Assembly (NCBI GenBank): GCA_010909165.1
Contig: VJWM01000196.1
Span: 248,001-312,000, forward strand
Source: Anthoceros angustus
Lineage: Eukaryota; Plantae; Anthocerotophyta
Length of the DNA stretch: 64,000 nt
Direction of reading: 5' to 3'
In this document: piece after piece, positions 1-9,773 of the stretch
Position numbering within the stretch: the first letter of the stretch is position 1
How the letters are laid out: the number at the start of each line of letters is the position of its first letter
The notes under the pieces: generated by a model
What the model saw: the letters and a program-made list of their open reading frames with translations, nothing else
What the model was told of the DNA's origin: nothing
Database searches by the model: none
Translations under genes and position numbers: made by a program

Positions 1-528
1 AGTACTTCCTTGTTTGCTTGACCACCCCTGCTCCTTAGTTGTTGTGTTTCGTTGACTTGTGTTAGGTATCCTTTGTCGATGGCTGTTTACTTTGTCCTGG
101 TTTAGAGTTTCCTTAGGACCTTTGCGCATCGCCTATTCGAGAGCTCAGTTTTGGCGAGTTCGATGAATTGAGGTCGAACCGGCGCATGGATTTAATCCAT
201 TGTGACAACCAGTTTGCTTACAATGCGCTGCCATAGCAAGTACTGATTGGCTGCCAATTAGGTTTATCCCAGTGGGTTTATCCCAGGTTGGGATGGTCTC
301 CAATTACCCACAATTTGGATGAATTGACATGAAAAAAATCGTATTGTAAATTTCGTTTCTACGAGTCATCTTGTTCACTTTATAGTTTGTACGAATTGTA
401 GAGAGATAATTTACTTCAAACCCATCCCTATTCGATTCTATGCACCTGTTCAAAAGCCACAGTTCGCTTGCCAGAGTTTGCTAGCCAGTTCTATTGGATT
501 TTTGAACTAAACGGTTTAATTTGAAGGG

Positions 529-1022
529 TGTGGGCAAGGGCGCGGGCAAGGGCGCGGGCAAGGGCGCGGGCAAGGGCGGGCAGGCGCGGGCAAGGCGGGC
601 AAGGGCGCGGGCAGGGCGCAAGGGCGCGCAGGCAAGGGCGCGCGGGGCGCGGCAAGGGCGCGGGGCGCGGGCGGCGCGGGGCGCGGGCAAGGGCGCGCGG
701 GCGGGCGCAGGCGCGGGCAGAGGGCGGAGCAGGCGCGGGCAGGCGGGCAAGGGCGCGGGCAAGGCGGGCAGCAGGCGGGCAAGGGCGCGGGCAGGGGGCG
801 GGCAGGCAAGGGCGCGCGGGGCGCGGGGCGCGGGCAGGCGGCAAGGGGCGGCAGGCGCGGGCAGGCGGCGGCGCGGGGCGCGGCAAGGGCGGCTGAGCAA
901 GGGCGCGGCAGGCGCGGGCAAGGGCGCGCGGGCAGGCGCGGGGCGCGGGCAGGCGCGGCAGGCGCGGGGCGCGGCAAGGGCGCGGGCAAGGGCGCGGGCA
1001 AGGGCGCGGGCAAGGGCGTGTG
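529..1022. repeat. G-rich GC minisatellite based on the 12-mer GGGCAAGGGCGC, regular at both ends and degenerate in the middle
   Basis: Directly visible tandem units; almost no T on the + strand over about 490 nt; explains the low-complexity Ala/Arg/Pro/Gly ORFs in several frames. Confidence 0.95.
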
Positions 1023-1859
1023 GCACATTGTTCGATGAATTGAACTATTTAGTTCCTTAAATTGATGAGTTTAAGGAAACTAGCACTATGCAAGGGTCCT
1101 TAGGGGGCGTGCGTGCTTCTTGGTCTTGCCTTCCAGACCTGTGTTGGTCTAGTGTTGTTCTCTGCTCTTAGATTGACCGCTAAAAAAACAACTTGACCCA
1201 TGACGGAAATCCCTTTCTAGTACTATCTAAACTTTAATAAATTTCATATTTTCCTCTTGTTAAGTCTATTAATTCATTGTTTTACAATATAAAGTTTCTA
1301 ATATAATTATGTAATCATAAGTACATCAAATTTTATATCCAGTATACCCTACTCCTTCTTTTCTAAAAGTAAAATTACTTTATCATTTATAAAAATGATT
1401 ACTTTTGTATCACCCATTCAACCTTTCGTCCAAGCTTGAAGATGACATAAGATTATGTGATTCAATGAGCACCAAGATCACTAGGAGGCCAAGCTGAATA
1501 ATGCGCACCCTTCCTGCACATGTAAAAAAAACTCAACAAAACAAGTCTCCTTGATTAAAGTAATTACAGGGCGGGGGTATGTATTAAATGGCCAAAGATG
1601 TGTGTAGTGTTTGACACCTAGTTTGATTCAGAATTAGGTTCATCGGTAACCAAAAACACTTCTCTAGAGGTTTTTCGAGATACAAGACATTAACCCCATA
1701 GTACGTCGCCTGCGTCACACGCGTCTACAAGTGCAGTCGACGCCAACAGCGATCGCTACAATGCGTACCATTGTTTGTGTCTCATCCTCTCTGGCTTTGG
1801 GCTCGGTGACGGTGTGTGCATAGAGAACGTCTGTTCTTGTTTTCGAGACGAATAGTGTA

Positions 1860-3921
1860 ATGGAGTCAAAATCCTTGGAGCAAGCTCTGAGGAAAGACGA
1901 GCACATTCTGCGCTACTTGGACGACATTACCAGCAATGCTAGTGAGGCACAGGAGCAGGTGCTTCGGGACATTCTGGTCAGGAATGCCCACACCGAGTAT
2001 CTGCACAGGTTTGAGCTGAATGGTTGTACTGATGCCATCTCCTTCAGGAACAAGGTGCCTGTCATTCAGTACGAAGATATTGCGGCTGATATCCAACGAC
2101 TGGTTGATGGAGACACCGCTCCTATTCTTAGCTGTGATCCACCGGTCGAATTCCTGACCAGGTCTTGCCACATGATATCTTGTTACATGTCCTGCTTGAT
2201 ATTGCAATTCAGCACCATTTGCAGTGCTCATCTAACTCTCGCAAAATCATCCTGCTTTGTTCTCAGCTCCGGGACATCCAAGGGAGTGCCCAAGGTACTT
2301 CCTAAAGTGCAAGGAGATGCTGAAAGGCATTCCTTGGGTGACAGCCTCGTGAGGCCCGTGCTCAGCAGGTAGGACATTTGATACTGAACAAGTGATCAGA
2401 GCTCCAAGTTACCAAGAGGTCTGGGATGGGAGACTCTCCCCTGCCTTCTAACATGATCGTGAATGTGGCAGACAGCTGCCGGGTTTAGACCAGGGCCTCT
2501 GCTTGTACTTCTTGTTCAGCCGAGCGGCCAAGATCCTGCCCACAGGCTTGCTTGCACACCCTGTGACCAGCAGTTTTTACAGGACCTCTCAGTTTAGGGA
2601 CCGACCCTACGAGCCATCCTACATCCTTACCTCTCCCGACGAGGTGACATTGTGCACAGACACGAATCAAGCTATCTACTGCCACCTCTTGCTGGGACTA
2701 TTGCAGTCACAGCAGGTGCTACGAGTGGGCTCCATAATGGCTTCCACCATTGTCAGGGTTTTCAGATTTCTGGAAAAAGAGTGGCAGACCCTGTGTCAGG
2801 ATATAGCCAGTGGCACTCTCGGGGACCAGATCCAAGAACCCGCACTGAGGCATGCTTGTGAGCAGATGCTGACAGGGCCTAACCCAGACCTGGCATCCAG
2901 AGTGCGGAGAGAATGTGAAACCGGAATATGGACTGGCATCGTCCCACGGCTGTGGCCTAACACCAAGGTGCTGGATGTTATCACCACAGGTGCCATGGAG
3001 GCTTACATTCCCACCCTTAAGGCTTATGCTGGCCATGTGCGGCTCATTTGCAACCAGCTGTACGCTGCCTCCGAGGGGTATTTTGGTATCAATATGAACC
3101 CTTTAGGTCCTCCTGATGCTGTGTCCTACACTTTGATTCCCACCTTCGCATACCTCGAGTTTCTGCCCATGGCTTCGCAGCTCGAAACGCAGCCAGTCCA
3201 ACTTGCAGATGTCAAGGTCGGTCAAGAGTACGAGCTTGTGATCACCAACCATGCTGGTGGGTTGTACACTCTTATTTAGGTACCAGTGGTGTGCTGAGGG
3301 TGGTCCAGGACCATGTTCTCACCCGCTCATTTGCTCCTTCCTGCAGGTCTGTATCGATACAGAATGGGGGACGTCCTGAGGTGCACAGGGCACTACAACA
3401 AGGCTCCCTCCTTCTACATTGTGGGCAGGACATCTGGAGGTCTGAGCGTAGACTTCGAGAAAACCACCGACAGGGATCTCCAGAATGCCATGGGCAGGGC
3501 TTCCAAACATTTGCAAGAAGTAGGGTTGGAGCTTCGGGAGTACAGCAGCTATGCTGACTTAACCTCAAAGCCAGTAGGCCACTACGTCATCTTCTGGGAG
3601 GTGTCAAAGAGTGAGTCCAGGCTACCGTCTGAACTCCTGGACAAGTGCTGTTCTGCCATGGAGGAAAGCTTTGACATTCTGTATTGTGAACTTCGACATC
3701 ACAACGTAGTTGGGCCTTTGGAGCTGAGAATAGTGAAGGATGATACATTCGAGGAACTGGCAAACTTAGCGGTCTCCCTCGGGGCCAACTTCGGTCAGTA
3801 CAAACCGCCCCGGTCTTTGAGGCAACAGGCCATGATCGACCTGCTCAACTCTTATGTTTGTCAGACCCATTTCAGTGCCACGCTACCAGTCTTTACTGTG
3901 GCCAAATATCAGAGGTCCTGA
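1860..3921 (+). CDS. GH3: GH3-family acyl acid-amido synthetase, 4 exons (1860-2161, 2267-2368, 2472-3256, 3347-3921), about 587 aa
   Basis: Motifs SSGTSKGVPK, YAASEGYFGIN, GLYRYRMGD, GHYVIFWE, GPLELRIV and QYKPPR. The GT-AG introns splice to 1764 nt in frame. Confidence 0.95.
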
Positions 3922-5137
3922 CTTGGGAGCTTTGCTTGCCATCCTTCCAGGCTAATAATAACGTCACATGCCTTCCACAGCAGCGTCCCTGCAATAAATG
4001 TACAGTACATGCATGCTTGGGTACGAGACATGGGTCTTCTTCAGATGTACATGACTACAGCCTGCAATGATATACATGACCACGATGTACATACTCTACG
4101 CATCTCCTGTCTCCGAGCAAGTGCCTTAAGGGGTGCCATCCGTGACCACAAGAGAGGCGTAAAAGTGGATCTCAGACCTGCTCTCCATTGGGCTCTTGGC
4201 CAAACTATAACTCATGAGAGCAGCAACCATTACCATTGTGTGTTTAACGGTCTCCCGCCACGAGCCCCTGCTATGCACGGGGTGCATCAAAGGTAGCACA
4301 TTCATATGTATCTATGACCTACATACAATTAAGAGAGGAAATGTCGTAGTGATGCCCACGAGAAACCGGCCATCCTTGTACCCATTGTACATGTGTAGGT
4401 CATATGTACGTAGACGCTTGTTTGGGGTCCAGGGGTCCAGTGGAAGAAAAGAAGCTTTCAGGCATCAATTAAAGCATGAGGCATGTGGCCTTGGCATTAA
4501 TGCAGACGAGGCCAGTTCGGCATGCGAATGTACTTTGGCCCCGATTAGGGTATGTACATACAATGCGCAGGGGTACACAGTACGAATGCATCTCCCAGGA
4601 TCAGTGTGCTGTACTGCAGGGGACAGAGGTGGTCACATTCATCAGGTCCTGGTAGCGCATATTCCGAGTTAGATCGATTCGAAGGCTCATGATAGCCCAC
4701 CGTCATCGGCAGGAACTCGGCTTGGCTGCCGCATTCATCAACCCTCTGCCCGAGGGAGATAAGTGCCGATCACGTTTCACACTCAAGTCTGCAGCTGCAG
4801 AGGTGCAGACATGGGATGATGGTTGCTCCCCATCACCCATGTCTCATCAAGAGTGTCTGTGGTGGGTACTAGGTAGTTTCTCCAGTCCCACGGATGTGTA
4901 CGTATGGCAGATGGGTAAGCCGGGACAGGGGAGGCCTCCGGACACCAGACAAGCGACGAAACATGTTGCATGTGGAAGGCACGAGTTGGACAAGGGTGGG
5001 GCCTATTTATCAGCCCGGGCACGTGACAAATCATGGTCCTTTGTCGGATGCTTGTTGTGTGGATATTCAGAGGGATGGAATAGACAATGCAGTTGGAATT
5101 CGGACAAGTCTGTGAGCATTACACAGTGCGTGGAAAG

Positions 5138-8041
5138 TCAAGATGATTTTTCCTCCACAAGAGGCTTGATGAGCTCCAGGATTTGAATCACCTCTGCCAT
5201 GGAAGGCCTGTGGGAGGGGATCTGGGAGGTGCAGATGAGCCCGAGCTTGATCAGTGGCAGCACCTCGTCCTCAGCGTAATAGTAGAGATCTGGGTCCACG
5301 CACACCAGAGCCCTGCCTTCATCAAGCAGGCCCCGGATGTAGTCACACAACACCACCACGTCGTCCTCCATGTACTCCACAGGCCTCCTGCCGGTCACCA
5401 GCTCCAGGAGCAGCACCCCGAAGCCATACACGTCGCACTTCTCGTTGATCCTCAGGCTCTGGCAGGCGAACTCGGGAGCCATGTAGCCCAGGGAGCTCTG
5501 GAACTTGCTGCTCATGACGTAGCTGTCCAGCATGGGGAGCAGCTTGGCCAGCCCGAAGTCTGACACCCGGGGCTCGTTGTCCTCTCCCAGAAGGATGTTG
5601 CTGGACTTGACATCGTAGTGGATGAGCTGGGGCCTGCAGCCGTGGTGGAGATGGGCCAGCCCTAGAGCCGTGCCCATGGCAATCCTGAACCTGCTGGGCC
5701 AGTCCAAAATGGGCTCGCCTGGGGCTCTCTCGTGCAGCCTGCTGTAGAGGTTGCCGGACGGGATGTAGTCGTAGATGAGCAGCTGCAGCTGCTTGCTCCA
5801 GTAGTATCCTCTGAGAGCCACAAGGTGTTGGTGCCTGATCTTCCCCAGCTGCTGCACCTCCTTCTCGAACTCCTCCTGAGACTTCACCAAGCTGGCAACC
5901 ACCAGCTTCTTCACAGCCACCGTCTGGCCGTCCGGTAGGGTCGCCCTAAACACAGTCCCGAAAGCCCCACGCCCGATTTCGCAGTCCTTGTTGATGAGGC
6001 CGCGCACAGCAGACATCCAGGCATCGGTTTTGCGAGCCTCTCCCTTCCTGGGAAACATCACCAGCTTCCCCATGGTCAGATCCGGGCTGCCGGACTCCGT
6101 TGCGCTGTCCACCGTGAGCACATCCGACCGGTTTCGTGTCTGTGCACGAATGTTGCACAGCGTCACCACCACCACTCCAATGGCCACCGCCGCGGCTATT
6201 GAGATGGCAACCGTAGCAGACACACTGAAAGCTCTAGTCCGCTGGACACGCGCAGGTGCAGCAGTTGGAGACACTTGCGAACACGAAACATTGACAGCCC
6301 TGCCACACAGCCCTGTGTTGCCACTGTAGTCGTAGCTGATGTTGGCAGGTAGTTCAGGGATGGGTCCTTCCAGCTGGTTGTTGGAGACGTTGATCGTCTC
6401 CAGCTTGGTGAGATTCACAAGCTCTGGGGGAATATCACCCGACAGCTCGTTGTAAGAAAGATCCAGGAACTCTAGATTGGTGACGTTCCCAATCTCCCCA
6501 GGAATTTCCCCAGACAAACTGTTGACGGACAAATCCAACCTCTGAAGCGCTACGCAGCCTCCCAGCTCAGTCGGGATCGAACCAGTCAGAACGTTGTCAC
6601 GGAGCGACAGGAAAAGAAGTTTATCGCCCCTGAACAAGCTCCCAGGGATACTCCCATTCAACGAGTTGTTGCTCAGGTCCAGGGACTGCAAAGCAGGAAT
6701 GCTCCCAAACTCGGAAGGAATAGGAGACGAGAAGAGGTTGCCTGACAAGCTCACCGTCTGGAGAAGAGCGCAGCTCCCGATCTCGGGTGGCACGCTGCCA
6801 GTGAGGTAATTCGCAGAAACATCCAGCACCCGCAGAGACCTGCAGTCCCCCACGGACAAGCTCCTGGACAGCAGATTGTGGGAGATGTTGAGCACCTGCA
6901 GATTTGCCGTGATCAAATCCGGCGGGATAGGCCCAGTGAAACTATTCCTGCTCAAGTCCACGTCGGTCAAGGACAGACTGGCCAACGCAGTCGGAATGCT
7001 CCCCGTGAAGCGATTCCCCGAGAGCGACAACGTCTGCAGCGAATGGAGCAGCCCAATCCCGGAGGGAATCGGTCCAGACAGCATGTTCCTCGCCAGGTCC
7101 AATGTCGTCAGCCCCGTCAAGCTCCCGATCCAAAGCGGAAAGTTGCCTTCAAATACATTCCCCCGCAAACCCAGCTGCTGCAGCAGGGACAGGTTGGTGA
7201 GGTCCGGGATGGGCCCGCCCAGCGAGTTGAAACCCACATCCAGGACCTGCAGATTGACAAGGTTCCCCAGCCCCGCCGGCAGCGCCCCATCCAGATGATT
7301 CCCTCCCAGCCACAGCTCCTTCAAATTGCGCAACGACCCCACACCTTCCGGAACAGTCCCATACAGCTGGTTGCCAGATAAGTCCGCCACCTCCAGCTCC
7401 CCCAGCTGCCCAATCTGGTCCGTCAGGTTCCCCGCGATGCTGTTCCCGGAGAAGTTGAAGCCGGAGAGCATCGCGCACCCGTACAGAGACGCCGGAATTG
7501 CGCCCAACACCTGGTTGTGCGCCACGGACACAAAGCGCAGGTCCAGATTGGTGCTGAACACCCCCGCGGGCAGCTGCCCTGAGAAGTAGTTGAAAGACAA
7601 ATCCAGGAACTGCAGGCTCCCGTTCCCGAAGAGCGCGGGAATGGGGCCCGACATGTCGTTGTAGCTCACGTTCACGCTCCGCAGAGTGGGAATGGCGGCC
7701 ACCAGGTCGGGGAACCTCCCCGAGAAGTTGTTGCGCGACAGGGAGAGCGTGCGCAGGCCCACGAGGTCGGCGATGTGTGGCCCAAGCGGACCCGCGAGAC
7801 CCAGGCCGTCGAGGCGCAGCTCAGACACCATCCCGGAGCCCGCGTCGCACACCACCCCGGTCCACCCGCACGGCGTGTCGTCCATCTGGTTCCAGGAGCT
7901 GAGCGCCGAGGCGTCCGTGAGGCCCGCCCTGAACACCAGCAGCGACAGCACTTCGACGTAGGATGCATTGTTGCCCGCTGCCGCGGCCGCCTCCGCCACG
8001 CCCGCCCACGACACCGCCAGCACGAGCACCAGGACCAGCAT
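5138..8041 (-). CDS. LRR receptor-like kinase, subfamily VII (IRK/PXC2/At3g28040-like), single exon, about 967 aa
   Basis: Signal peptide from the first in-frame ATG at 8041 (the ORF track starts at an upstream GTG). Also present: LRRNT (SWNQMDDTPCGWTGVVC), about 18 LRRs, a GNTGLCG cap, a TM helix, and a kinase with VAVKK, HYDVKSSN, DFG and the subfamily signature GYMAPEFACQSLRINEKCDVYGFG...VEYMEDDVVVLCD. Confidence 0.93.
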   Translation of the reverse strand: MLVLVLVLAVSWAGVAEAAAAAGNNASYVEVLSLLVFRAGLTDASALSSWNQMDDTPCGWTGVVCDAGSGMVSELRLDGLGLAGPLGPHIADLVGLRTLSLSRNNFSGRFPDLVAAIPTLRSVNVSYNDMSGPIPALFGNGSLQFLDLSFNYFSGQLPAGVFSTNLDLRFVSVAHNQVLGAIPASLYGCAMLSGFNFSGNSIAGNLTDQIGQLGELEVADLSGNQLYGTVPEGVGSLRNLKELWLGGNHLDGALPAGLGNLVNLQVLDVGFNSLGGPIPDLTNLSLLQQLGLRGNVFEGNFPLWIGSLTGLTTLDLARNMLSGPIPSGIGLLHSLQTLSLSGNRFTGSIPTALASLSLTDVDLSRNSFTGPIPPDLITANLQVLNISHNLLSRSLSVGDCRSLRVLDVSANYLTGSVPPEIGSCALLQTVSLSGNLFSSPIPSEFGSIPALQSLDLSNNSLNGSIPGSLFRGDKLLFLSLRDNVLTGSIPTELGGCVALQRLDLSVNSLSGEIPGEIGNVTNLEFLDLSYNELSGDIPPELVNLTKLETINVSNNQLEGPIPELPANISYDYSGNTGLCGRAVNVSCSQVSPTAAPARVQRTRAFSVSATVAISIAAAVAIGVVVVTLCNIRAQTRNRSDVLTVDSATESGSPDLTMGKLVMFPRKGEARKTDAWMSAVRGLINKDCEIGRGAFGTVFRATLPDGQTVAVKKLVVASLVKSQEEFEKEVQQLGKIRHQHLVALRGYYWSKQLQLLIYDYIPSGNLYSRLHERAPGEPILDWPSRFRIAMGTALGLAHLHHGCRPQLIHYDVKSSNILLGEDNEPRVSDFGLAKLLPMLDSYVMSSKFQSSLGYMAPEFACQSLRINEKCDVYGFGVLLLELVTGRRPVEYMEDDVVVLCDYIRGLLDEGRALVCVDPDLYYYAEDEVLPLIKLGLICTSQIPSHRPSMAEVIQILELIKPLVEEKSS

Positions 8042-9773
8042 TCCCCACCCCTTCCTCCACCCATCGCCCGCAGCCTCATGGCGGCTTCCGCCTGCCGCCG
8101 CCGCCGCCGCCGCCGCCGCCGCCTGCTCCACACTTGCTCTACCCTACACAATGCGGCACGGCGGGCTCCTGCCCCTGCATTGCAGCTGCAGCAGCTGCAG
8201 GCCATCTTCCCCGGCCTCAGGTGCAACACCCTGCTCCCCTCCGCTGCCCTCTGCTCCATCTCCTGCACCGCAAGGCGCGAGGGACACTAATAACGATGGC
8301 CAGGCAGCGGGAGAGCGATGAGTGGAATGGACGGGGAAGCTGGAAGGGGAATCAATCGGATTACTGCAGCGGCCTGGGTCGGGGCCCCGCCCGGTGTGGC
8401 GCGACTTGCCCTGACAAGGTAGAAATGCAGCAGGCAGGATGAGAGCCGCTGCCGCTGGGGGTACCAGAGTTGCACTCTGGCAGTGAATGCGGGACACGGG
8501 GCTTGCGAGGCCAGGCCAGGGCCAGGGCCAGGCCAGGCGAGAGAAAGCGGACCCGAGGGCCGAGTCTCGAGAGCTGTTGCACGGCCTGGCTCCCTGGAGG
8601 CTGGCCGGGGCCGGGGCCGGGGCCGGGGCCTGCCCGTCGACGCTGGAGCGTCGGGACGTCGGCGCCTTCATCGAGATGCCTGCCCAAGCTTTACTGTCAG
8701 AAGCGTCACCAGTTTTCAATTTTTACAGCCAAGCTGGCTCTTTTGTCAGTCACCAATAATACCCACTTAAATTCTCCAAACACAAACCCACCTTTTCTCA
8801 GGTCCACCGCACTTAATGCTCCATATCACGTATGTACCTACCTACTCACATTTATATGCCTAGCTACAACTTGCAATTTCTATTTTATTCAGCGAGTGTT
8901 GGGACTCTTCAAGGACTGTTGCGCCTTGGATGCCACACCGCTTGTACGGGCAGCCCGCTGGAAAATAGATACTGTACTTACATATGTATGTAGGTGGACG
9001 ATTCCCTACATGATGCAAAATCTTGTAAATCAAATTATTCTATCAATTATTTAATATTAAATCTACATTAATAGTATTTTATCTACCTAATATACCCTGA
9101 ATTCCAGAGCACATCAAGAATAATAGTGCCCAGGGAGGAAGATGGCTGTTAGCGTAAACTCAGAAAATAATGATGAAGGTACAATATACCAGGTTGCTTA
9201 ATCCTGACTCCGATATTAGGGACAAATAAATTCGAATGAAGTCAAGTTGTGTCTGGTGGTCAAAGAACGTCAGTGAGCTTCCTTCCGGGGAGAGTACCTT
9301 GCCAAATTTGAATGTCCTCGTGTTTCGGGTCTTTCGACTAGGTCTTAAATCTTTGTTCCAGAAAAGTCGGAAGTATTACTGCCAAACGCGTGTCGCGGCT
9401 GCGGAATGGGATCCTAATTAGTAAGGGGTTTATTATTATTCCATTGTACTCTTGCATGCTTCACTGGACTTGGAAGGCTGCAGCAGTAGGATCTGGAGTA
9501 CAGTGTCAGGTTTCGTAGTTTGTGACGATGAAGACGTGCACAGAAAACACCACCAACTGAAGCTTCTGTTGAGCTGTCGTACCTTTGCATTAGCAGACAT
9601 GACAAGCCACTACTCGAACACTCATCACGACCCGCGCACATCACCGAAAACATCGAAAACAAGCTGTGTCTGGCAGAACTCTTCCTGACCACGGAGAGGC
9701 CAACATCATTTTGTGTACCAGCTCTCCTGCAAGTCTGATCCAGTCTGGATCGAGAGGGTATTGTGTAGCTTTT

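Noticed and set aside
481-1060. Five ORFs of 122-181 aa rich in Ala/Arg/Pro/Gly
   Set aside because: By-products of a stop-free GC minisatellite.
4009-5137. ORFs between the convergent GH3 and LRR-RLK genes
   Set aside because: No motif or coding signal recognised; consistent with 3' UTR and intergenic sequence.
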